Assembly (NCBI GenBank): GCA_032718475.1
Contig: JAUCBJ010007863.1
Span: 88,477-152,476, forward strand
Reading direction: 5' to 3'
From: Nemertoderma westbladi
Taxonomy: Eukaryota > Animalia > Xenacoelomorpha
DNA: 64,000 bases
A program made the translations under genes and the position numbers. The notes under the pieces were generated by a model. It saw only the letters and a list, made by a program, of their open reading frames with translations, was not told the origin of the DNA and made no database searches. Within the stretch, counting starts at the first letter, position 1. Every line of letters starts with the position of its first letter. This document shows, piece by piece, positions 24,601 to 36,600 of this stretch.

Positions 24601-27600
24601 TATATGCCTAACTAACTAGTTTATATGCCTAATTAACTCGTTTATATACCTAACTAACTCGCTTACATGCCTAACTAACTAGTTTATATGCCTAACTAAC
24701 TAGTTTATATGCCTAACTAACTAGTTTATATGCCTAATTAACTCGTTTATATACCTAACTCGCTTACATGCGTAACCAACTCGTTTATATGCCTAACTAA
24801 CTCGTTTATAGGCCTAACTAACTAGTTTATATGCGTACCTAACTCGCTTACATGCCTAACTAACTCGTTTATATGCCTAACTAACTAGTTTATATGCCTA
24901 ATTAACTCGTTTATATACCTAACTAACTCGCTTACATGCCTAACTAACTCGTTTATATGCCTAAATAACTAGTTTATATGCCTAACTAACTAGTTTATAT
25001 GCCTAATTAACTCGTTTATATACCTAACTAACTCGCTTACATGCCTAACTAACTCGTTTATATGCCTAAATAACTAGTTTATATGCCTAACTAACTGTTA
25101 GCTTATTCAATCCCGCTAACACCCCATAAAGTTATAAGCCGATAAGCAATATTGGGAGCCACGAGATTGGATAATTAACCAACTCGTGCCATCCCAATAA
25201 GAGTGGGAAGGAAGCACACAAAGAGGGTCAGGGGCCAAACCCCTAACCCAGAGAGAATAGGTGGAGTGAACGGGAACACTCCAAAGGGCGCCAACAAGGG
25301 TATCAACCAATCAGAGGGGGGAAAGGCATCGATTAGGTAGAGTAACAAGGCCAACCGTGCAATATAGCCACTTGGCAGTAATAATACCAATTCAGTTATC
25401 TCAGTGCAATACCGGTGCTAGTTTAGGTTATTACATAGTTTTAGATAGGGAAGGACCGGGACTTTAGTTACCGTATCCCGCCTTCCATATACGACAATAC
25501 TATATCTATATCTATATCCACATATCATATTATATACGACAAACAACATCAGAACTCATTCACTCTTTATACACGGCGGGGACGCGTGAACTAAAACCGG
25601 ATAAACCGGGATCCCTCTTGGATCCCGTCACAGTAACTAAACCAGCTGCCGCCCTAGATAAACTCAATAACCACTAGCCACCGAAATCTGCAGAAGAGAG
25701 ATGAGTCGGTCAGGTGACACGACACCGACGCGGACCCCGGACGAAGAGCTAACGATCCGCGAGGCCGCAACCAGGCGATACAGGCCCACAACGCCGGACC
25801 CATCGGTAACGGGTCATCCGGCAGTTCAGGACGAGGGGGGCCTGGAACCCGAGGTCGAACCGAGAGAAAGAGAGAGCGAGACGGAGGGAGACGGAGACGA
25901 GTCGACACGGACGGGGGTCGACGCACCGGTGTCGCCGGCCAGCCACAGGCCGAGGGCGACGAGCGGCCCGCCGAAACGGCGACGGTGGGGCCGACGGTGC
26001 GGCCCCGGACGCAGAGAGACGAAGGAGATATCGGTACCGATGTCGCCGGCCAGCCACAGGCCGAGGGCGACGGACGGCCCGCCGGAACGGCGACGGTGGG
26101 GCCGCCGGTACGACGTCGGACCCGGAGAGACGGAAGAAAGATCGGCGACGAGGACGTCGGGGTTTCTGATCGACTCCGACGGGCCTACAACGCGACCCAA
26201 AGACTACTAAAGGACGCTAAGAAGGAAGGGGCGGAGATAGACGAGGTGAGACTGAGGAAACGACTAGGTGAGTCGGATAGACACTTTAATTACCTAATGC
26301 GTTTTGGGCAGAGGGAACTAGCCGAGGAGAGAGCAAAAGGGGTTGCCAGCGAACTGTTTGAACTATGGGAATGTGGGAGTATGGAACCTAGCGTAGCGTC
26401 AGTGTACATAGGGCCATACTTGGTCGATGCCCGGGGAGTAAAATTAGTGGGTTGGAACAGACCTGAGGAGGGCGAATCCGAGGCTGACCCCGCGGATTCG
26501 GTCTCGTCGGTCGGAGGGAGTTCCGGGAGGAGGGGGAAAGCTAGTAGATCGGGAAGGCGGAGGGAATCCTCCACAACCGATAAGTCTGCTACATCCTCCG
26601 CAAAAGAAAGACGGGTGAGAGAGATAGACGCTAGGTACCGTCTCAATCTAGCAGTGCAAGGTAATAGAGAAGTAGGTAGACGGCTAGAGGAAGGGAGAGT
26701 GCTGCTGGAGAGGGAAATGGCGTCGATTGGAGAGATAAGAGAGAGGGCCGAAAGGGCCGTGAGGAGCCTTAGGGAGTATGATGAAATAGAGTTGAAGGAA
26801 CAAGAAGAGCGTGTGGCGAGAGAGAAAAGTGAACGCAGAGAGCGTGAAGCGAAGGAGGAAAGTGAACGCAGAGAGCGTGAAGTGAGGGAGGAGAGTGAGC
26901 GTAGAGCGCGTGAGGCGAGGCGAAGGGAGGGGATTAGGAGAGAGGTGGAATTGGCCAAGCAGACCGAACGGGAGGCTATGGATAAAATAGCAAAAGTGGA
27001 GCGTGAGCGAAAAGAATTGGAGAAACAGCGAGACAAACTCGTAGAGTATGAAGCTGTACACACGCGTGAGGTGGAACTGGCGCAGATGGGGGAGTCTGAG
27101 AGCGAGGCTGGCTCGAGTATTTTTGAGGAGCCGGGGGCCGTGGATACATTTATTAATACCCCACTTACAGGGACCGCACGACAGACTCAAAACTGGTGTG
27201 ACCGTACGGGCGGGGGGGGGGGGGGGGGGGGGGGTAATAATGATAATGGTACAGTAGACGTGGTTAATATTAATAGTACCGTATGGGACAATTCTAATCA
27301 AACCTTTATTGCAGGAAATACTTTACCTAGTGGTAGTAATTTAAATTTAAATCAGAACATTCCTAATATTAATGTAGAAAATAATTCTAATATTAATGTA
27401 GCTAAGCAAAATAATCCAATTAATCAAAGTAATAACCCAAATTCGAACTTACAAAATAATTTAAGTAATGCAATAACACAAAATAATCTAAATAACTTAA
27501 ATAATTCAGCGAGCCCGAATTTACAAAATAATTCAGATAGTGTAGTCGCGCAAGATAATTCAAATGATTTTATCTCGAACGAACAAATTAATTCCGTTTC

Positions 27601-30600
27601 CAATACGGGTGCTATTAATGTAAACACGTCGGGCGTGTATGGCCAGACAGACGAGGGCCTGGTAGGCCACGTAGTTGGTAGGCAGGGAATAGCTGGGTTA
27701 GGTAGACCCGGCGAGGGCCTGGTAGGCCACGTAGTTGGTAGGCAGGGAGTAGCTGGGTTAGGTAGACCCAGCGAGGGCCTGGTCTTATGTCTCTGTGTCA
27801 TGAGAAAGTGTCAGTATGTAATAATGAACACAGGACGTATATTCTATCAGCTCGGAAGTCTGAGTGTATGATCTATATAATATCTGCCCGACCGGTATGG
27901 TATGTATGTATATCTATATGTATAATGGACTTAGGTCCTTACACCTTTGTACGGTAATAATAGTCATAAGTATATTCACATCATCCCCCTTTCCCCCGCG
28001 ATCTGAGTTCGCTGGAGTCATGATCGGTTATGGAACGGGGTACGTAGTAGTACTACCAAAACGTACAATAGGTTGATGTCGGCGTGTACTGCGACGTGGT
28101 TCTGGTAGTGTGTCAGCTATGGTCATCTTTAGCGTTGGTGTTTTGGCTATAGGGTTGGATGGGTTTGCGGTTGGTGGGTTAGTGATGTTAGGGTTGCGGT
28201 CGGGGTCATGGTAGAGTCTGAGAAAACGGCGGTTTCTCCACCACGTGCGACCTGAGGGTAATTTTACTCGGTAGTCGCGTCGTTCCCCAACAGCTACGAC
28301 GGTTCCAACGTGATTCCATCGTTTCGTTTTTGGATCTTGGATACGTACAGTAGATCCAATTCGTATTTTTGGGTGGTCATGTGCGTCATGGTTGTAGAGC
28401 TCCTCGGTTTTGTGACGAAGTTCTCCTGCCCTGTGGTCGGCTGCGTCCGACTCATCGCGCCATTGTTGGGCGTAATGGGTGTGGTGGGCAGGAACGCGTG
28501 ATCGTAGTAGACGACCGAAGACGATTTCGTTAGGTGAGCGGCCGTCTGCGCGTGGGGTGTTACGGAGTTCTAGTAAACCTTCCTGGAACTCAGTTGAGCC
28601 AGTGTCACAGTGTGGTACTTTTTGGAGTAGGCGTTTTATGATTTTTACCGTTATCTCCGCATGGCCGTTGCTTGATGGGAAGTGTGGAGTACTGGGACAC
28701 CACTCCACTCCCCAGCGTTTAAGGAACTGTTTGAAGGAAGCCGCAGAAAATTGTGGGCCGCCATCAGACTTGAATTTTGTTGGGACACCCAGGTCGACGA
28801 ACCATTTTCGGGTGACGAAGGCAACCTGTTGTGATGATGGGTCGTGTCGAAACTCGTGTACGACTGGGTATCCAGACAATCTGTCTGAGTAAACCAGGAA
28901 GTGTTTGCCTCCAATTTGGAATAGATCGGAGGAGACGAACTGAAATGGCCGCGTCGGCATTTTGTCAGCCATCAGTGTCTCTTTGGGGAGGCTTGGTAAT
29001 AGTTCCTGACAAGAATGGCATTGCGAAACGGTGCGTTCGATGTCTCGTGTAATGCCAGGCCAGTAGACAGTTTGTCTTGCGCGTTGTTTGGTTCGTGTCA
29101 TCCCCTGGTGGGATGCATGCAATCTGTCTAAAGTATCCTGTTGATAGATTTTAGGAATAACTATTCTGTCCCCATATAATACAATGTCGTTGTATATCGA
29201 AAGGTTATTGCGTATGGACTTGAACAGTTTAATGTATGGTGATGCGTTATGTAGACCACTAAAGTCAGTTTTGATCTCCTGGATCAATTCTTGGTACTCG
29301 GTGTCATCTAACGCTGCATCACGCAAATCCTGAATGATTGGGTCGCTTTCCATCACGTTTTCCGTGTTCCCGGAAATGGTTAATGCATTGATTGTGAAAG
29401 TGATGTCATCGGGTTCGTCTGGGTCATCGACTGGTGAGCGGCTAAGGCAGTCCGCTATTCGGTGCTGTTTGCCTTTTTGCCATTCAACCCGGAACTGGTA
29501 TTGAGATTGAAGTTCAGCCTTCATCCGTTGGATTTTGGCGTTTTCGATTTGGTTTATGGTGTAATTATTGAACATGGTGAGCAAAGGCCGGTGGTCGGTT
29601 ACTACCGTAAATGTTGGTAGGCCCGCAAGGTACAGTCTGCACCTCTTTATACCATAGTAAATAGCTATGCACTCCAACTCAATAGTAGCATAGCGGCTTT
29701 CCGTATCAGTTATAAATCTACTGCCACAGGCAATAAGTTTCCATTGGTTGTCTTGGCGTTGCAGTAGATCATATCCAAAACCGTTGAGACGGCTGGCATC
29801 TGTTTCGAGCCGCGTTTCGGCGTTGATATCAAACGTGGCGAGGACTGGGGGTTGAACAAGTGCCTGTTTAACTTTGTTGAAGGCCTCCTCGTGGTTAGCC
29901 GTCCACATAAAAACGTTTCGTGTTCGTAGTAGATCTCGAAGTGGTGTAGCGAAGGTACTGATCTCACTAGAAAAACATCCAAGTTGATTTACCAGACCCA
30001 TGAAACTTCGTAAATCAGTTATGTTTTGTGGATTATGAAAGTTGGTGATGGCCTTCACTTTGTTGGGGTCGGCCTCCGTCCCATCCTTTGAGATGATATA
30101 ACCCGCGAATTTCACTCGCGTCTGAGCGAAATTAAACTTGGCCGGGTTGAGTGTAATTCCAGCCTGTCGACATCGGTCGAGAATTGTTCGGACGCGATCG
30201 ATGTGTTCATCGATGTTGGTGTCTTCAACGAGGATGTCATCCACAATCTTGTGGATTTGGGGTATACCATCGAGGGCCAGATCGCCGCGGTAGTTGTAAC
30301 TATCTCCTGCAGAAATAAAACCCATGGGTGCTCTGCAGAAACGGTAACGTCCCCATGGCGTTATAAACGTTGTATAGTCTCGAGATTGTTCGTCGAGTTC
30401 GACCTGCCAATAACCCGATTTGGCATCCAGGGTCGAGAAAAGGCATGTGCCTGGTGTACGGCCAGATACAACATCGCCTGGTGAACGGGCGTTGTGTATG
30501 GTGCGCTTTACTTGACTGTTGAGTTTTGTTAAATCAACGGTTATACGAATTTCACCAGGTTGGTTGGGTTTTTGGCAAACCACAATTGGGTGGCACCATT

Positions 30601-33600
30601 CAACAGCACGGTCGCCTGTTCGTTCTATTATGCCTTTTTGAAGCATATCCTCAATTTCTTTTTTAGTTTTCTCCCGAAACGGATGGGGTATTGGACGGTG
30701 CGCGTAGAGGCAGAATGGTTTCGCATCATCCACCAACTCGATCGTCATCGGTGGACCTACCATGGTCCGCAGTTGACCTCTGGTCCCAAAAACATCAGAG
30801 TATTCATCGAGAAGTTTCTGTTTTTCGATCTCGATCGATTGGTTATCATTGGATATGGTGTTGATTGCCGAAGTGGCATGTTGGGTGTCGACGGGTTCGT
30901 GTTGGGTGTCGACAGGTTCATGTTGGGTGTTGACGGGTTCATGTTGGGTACCAACGGGTGCATGTTCAGTGTCAACGGGTGTACATTGGGTGTCGACCGG
31001 TGCACGTTGGGTGTTGACGGGTGTACATTGGGTGTCGATGGGTGTGTGTTGTATCCCGTCAATGAACTTGGTAATTAGGTGTAGTGGTTTCGGGAATTCG
31101 GGGTGGACAATACCCAAACCTTTACATGCCGATAATGAAAGGTATACTGCTCCCTTGGATATGTCTGGGCATATGTATACCCAGTCCCTGTGTGTTCTAC
31201 CACTGATAGTGAGGCTGAGTTCAATGCGCCCCTCACATTCGATGGGTGTTCCGTTGGCGCCCTCTAGAGGGTAGTCTGGGTCTGTTAAATCCGTTATGTC
31301 CCACTCCTCCAGTATATCGGAACCAGCTGCTATAACCTGCGCGCCCGTATCGGCAATGCATGATTTATTCCCAATGTAGTCTCCTTTGTAGAAAAGATCT
31401 ATTGGGACGAGGGGTCTGTAGTGAGCAGCTGTATATCCGTGTATGTCGGCGATTAGAATAGCGCCGGTGGACTGTGGAGGTTTCGAATATGTTTTACCAA
31501 GACATTTCGACGCAAAATGTCCCTGTTTTCCGCAGTGGTTGCATTTTTTATCGGCCGCCTTGCATGGTTGGTCTGTGGTGTGGGGCCAATTTCCACCGCA
31601 ATTAATACATTTACCCTGAGATTTACAACGTTTGACAGCGTCACGGGCACTGGAAGAAGGTGTTTGTGAACGTTGTTGGGATTTACTGTCCTTATCGCGT
31701 TTGTAGCGAGTTTTTGATTTTTGCGGATAACGTCCCCGTTGTTGGGTTGGTTGTGAAGTGGTGGAATGTTGAACCGCGTTTACTCGATGTTTCAGACGCT
31801 GGCCTTCCCTAGCAGCCATCTCCCGGTTACGGCAGAAATCCACAGTAGCGGCTCGGGAAAATAATGGTCGTTTACCGAAGAGTTCTTCCCGAGTTTCGTC
31901 ATCCCGTATACCGCAGACAATAAGGGTTGTTAACCAATCGTCTTTGGACATTGACTCTATTTGTGCGTCGTCTGCCATCTCACAGAGTTTAATGTAAAAG
32001 TCGTCAAATTCCTGGCCATCGACTTGTTTCTGCCGTACGAGTTCGTAGCGATCGACGGCAATGTTTTGATCCGCGCGTAGATAAGTGCGGATCTCGCCCA
32101 AGACTTCATGCATTTCCAAGGATGTATCTTGGTCGATTTCGAGTGTGTACTGTATCCGGTTTAGAAAATCCGGACTGCAGTATGAGAACAGTGTAGCAAT
32201 CTTGTCAACCCTGGGTTTCTCGTCGAGTTTGGTGACCCTTGAGTAATTTAACCACGCAGATTCCCAGCGTTTAAACGATTTAAACCGGATCCCCACGTCC
32301 AGGATTTGTGGGGGTCGCACAGTTAGTCTAGCGGTGTTTCCACTATCGGCGGTACCGGTACCGGTATCACGATCATGTAATCGAGGCGGTGTTGAAATGG
32401 TTTGCTGGTCCCGGGTTGCCGACTGTTGTTCCATGAATCGCATAAAACGTTCTTCTCGGCGTTCCTCGTCCTCGCGTCTTTGTGCATCGAGTTGTGCGAG
32501 TAACCGGCCCAGGTCGTAGGTAGAACCCTGGGTGGAACCCGATGTAGTTGCATCGTCTGTGTCCGTATCTCCGGACAGAGACAGCGATTTAATTAACCGT
32601 TTGCGTAGTACGACCGTGGCAGTTTTCGAATCGTACTCCACGTCTGCGTTGTTGCAGTGTTCAATTAAAGTTGCCCTGGCGAGGCTGTTGATTACCTCCT
32701 CGGACAGATTGTAGGTATCCTCCGGGGAGATAGACATGTTGCCCAATGTTGACCTTGAATGTATGTGGCAACACAGCCAATAATCAAAGTATAAACGCAA
32801 ATACAGCAATTAGCAGATTAGTATATCCAGTACGGCAGTACGGTTCAGTAGTACAGCAGTACAGGCAGACAGGTATTCCAGTATTCGCCGCGGTGTAGCC
32901 GTTGTTGTATGGGGTTTTTTATATTAAAAGCCCCGTTTTTTATGTTGCAGTGTTATCAGTTATTGTAAGTTACGTAGGTCATTAGCAAAGCCCATGTAGG
33001 GTGGTCAAAGCTAATAGACACAACTGCGCCATCTTATGTCTCTGTGTCATGAGAAAGTGTCAGTATGTAATAATGAACACAGGACGTATATTCTATCAGC
33101 TCGGAAGTCTGAATGTATGATCTATATAATATCTGCCCGACCGGTATGGTATGTATGTATATCTATATGTATAATGGACTTAGGTCCTTACACCCTTATA
33201 CGGTAATAATAGTCATAAGTATATTCACATCACCTGGTAGGCCACGTAGTTGGTAGGCAGGGAGTGGCTGGGTTAGGTAGACCCAGCGAGGGCCTGGTAG
33301 GCCACATAGTTGGTAGGCAGGGAGTAGAGGGCCTGGTAGGCCACGCAATAGCAGAGGGAGAGGCGGGGGTGAATAGACCCGACCGCGGTAGGGTTGATGT
33401 GTCGACTGGAGAGGGATATAGTAGCGGGGTGAGGAGTAGCGAAGTTAGATGTGGCGAGTGGGGGGGGGGGGGGGGGGGGGGGGCTACGAGAACCCCACAA
33501 CAGCGAGTTAGCGGCGAAAGGGGGGGGGGGCAGAGAGTGTCCCACAGCCGTCAGCGGATAATGCGCGGGCCGAAATAGGTAAACCGCAACAACCGGCGAC

Positions 33601-36600
33601 GGAAAGTAATAGGGGGATTGCGAGTATCCCCAGCGGCGTGCGACCGAGCAGAGAGAGACAGGTTGACGTCGTAAGAGGGCGGACGAAGCGTCGAGCCCGA
33701 TCAGAAGTGGGAAGAAGAACAGTGGGGTTTAACCGGGAGGTTGACGAGAGATCTCACGAGCGGGAATACTCCACTGAAAGGAGAAGAAGAGAAGACAGTA
33801 GTAGAGGTATCGCCGCGAACGATAGAAGAGCGAGGACGGATAGCGAGCCGTCGGTAGTTGAGATGAGAACGGAGAGTCAGTGGGGTCGGACTCCGGGAGA
33901 TTGCCGTCGCCCCGGAGAGATGCGACCCGGCGAGGCGCACTACGCGCCGATGGAGGGGTACACGATGTACCGGTACGAAGACGAGAACAGTAGAGGGGGG
34001 GGTCGATGAGAAACTTTCCGACGGAATACACCTATTGATCGAGAATACGGTAGCCGCGGGGAGGATTATTCGAGAAGAATAAACTTCGATCCTGAGCGAC
34101 ACATGCAGACTGTAGGACATACTGTAGGCCTTACTGCACATACCATAGGCCATACTGAGAGAGGCAATGTAGGCGATAGGATGGCGTGGACAACGGGATT
34201 AAACCCGGAAGTCGCGGAATACATACCGGCGAGTAGGCCAGAAGCTGATAGGCCTATACCGGTACCAGCACAGCAGTATGACTACAGCATGCAGGGACAT
34301 AACATATACCCAGGGGAGGGGGGAATTATTGCGGATAGGTGTATGGGCCCCAACATATTAACATCAACCCCAGTACCAAACATACCGGTGGGGGGGGGAC
34401 AGGGTGACATTCCCCCATCACAATATCAACAATATACCCCGATAGGGGCAAGAACAACGAGACCCTTGGATGAGAATAGGTCGTGTGATACAGACATATG
34501 GAGGGGGCCGCTACCCCCGATGACATACCCAAGTCAGAGAAAGTCAAGAAATAGGACAGACGGAACGCACCAGACAGGAGAAACTATGCAGCACCCATCG
34601 AATCCATTGGAAGCGCAGGCGATGGGGATGGCCACGTTGATCGATGCGTTGAAAACGAGGATCGAGTTACCACCCGTGGAACCATTCAAATTCGATGGGA
34701 GCAGGCCGGAAGAATATCTACAGTTTCGGCGCATGTATAGTAACGAAATACTAACAAAGAACTTGACGCAGGCGGAGTGCCTAAAGTATCTGCAAGTGTA
34801 CACGGGAGGCCCAGCATACGACATCGTGAGGCAATATCAAGGAATAGAGGGCGGCTTCACGACAGCATGGCGGGCACTGGATAGGGAATACGGGCACCCG
34901 GCCAAGATCATCAGGCAGACGCTGAGAGGCATAACATCGGGTGGCCTACAGGATAATCCCGTTAGCATTAAGACGTTCGCTAACAAAGTCGAAAAGGCTC
35001 TAATCGTGCTGAAGACGCTAGACGCGCCGTACGAGCTCAATGCGTCCAACAACATCACCACGATAGCGCAGGCACTACCAAACTGGCTGCGCAACAAGTG
35101 GAGGAAAATCGCCTTCTCCACTCGAGATAAGAAGGGTGCGGAACCGGGTTTAGAAGAAATGTCAAACTTCTTAAACTACGAGGCTGAACTAATAACTGAC
35201 CCAGTCTATAGCGAAGACAGCCTGGGAAAGGGACTGAAGACAGACTACCATAGACCGAAACCAGAGCACAACACATCGAACGCATTACCGAGACTCAGGC
35301 AATCATTGCCATATGCAGCGACGCAGGGGACTGCAAGTCCACAGCTAGCCGAGGATAAGACAACATCATGGAACGGACAGGGAAACAATAACAACACGAA
35401 TAAACATAACCCCAGTACGTCCAATAGGCAAAACCCAAACAATAAGAATAGTAGGGACTTTGGTACGAACGCAACTGCGATACGCAATGCACTGTATAAA
35501 GAGGGCTACGACCCAAAGAGCAAATGCCAGCTACACGCAAATGCGCTTCATCAAACTATGAACTGCAGGTACTGGCAGGCGCTACCTAGGCAAGATCAGA
35601 TAGACTATGCGTTCAGCAATAAAATCTGCTCGCGATGTGTAATGAGTGGACATAGAGCAAGGGAGTGCAAGGAGAAGCCAATGAAATTTGGTCAAAGGAG
35701 AGGCCAAACGATGGCGACGAGCACAGTAGGGGCGAAGAAGAGAGGAACGGTGCTACTTGGAGTAGTACCAGTACGAGTGATCGGGGAAGGCAATCGATCA
35801 GTAACAACACTAATGCTGGTTGATAGTGGAGCTGCCTTCACATTAGTCGAGGAATGGGTGGCCGAGGAGATAGGATTGAGAACGAGGCCAAGCAGGATGG
35901 CGGTAACAACCATCTCTAGCAAAGATGAGATCCTGGAGATGAGAACAGGACGGTGCGCAATTGCAGCAGTGGCACCAGGATGCGACTATGGGGCAACCAT
36001 CGACCCCATCCAAGTGATAGAGTCAATTAATATCAATGCCAGGCGGCCAACCAACATCGAGGTCGAGCAGTATAAATTCCTGGACGACATTGACTTCTCA
36101 ATCCCAGATGTGGACGTTAGGAAGGTATCCATCATAGTAGGTATGGACTGCCCAACGGCCCACGAAAGAATGCAAACGGTCTTCGGCGAAGACAAGCAGA
36201 GCGACCCGGTGGCAATATTAACACCATTCGGGTGGACACTGACAGGCCCAATTAAGAGTAATATACCATTCCATGTGTCTGAGAGTTCAGGATGCATGGT
36301 GCCAGGAACTGACGAGATAGAGGAGAGGCCAGAGATGGGCAATAGTGGTAGACAGCTAGAAGTAGAAGCAACACCAAGAGAGTGGGCGGAGGAGAATGGT
36401 ATGGATGCAGAAGATCTAGAGACGATGGGTTGGAATAAGGGTCCCAGCAAGTATCGGTATGGAGATGGAGAAGAGCGGACGGTGGAGTGTCGGGAGGACA
36501 AACCGGGGAAGTGTCCGGTGGAGTGTCCAGAGGAGCGTCCGGAAGAGACGCCGGTCCGGTTGAGAGGCATACCGACCAGGGGGAAGCCGAGTAAGAATAC

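Noticed and set aside
33450-33530. Programmed frameshifting at poly-G runs in the BEL-like gag
   Set aside because: Long G/C homopolymers are common throughout the window and are error-prone in sequencing, and other frameshifts fall at different positions in the two copies.
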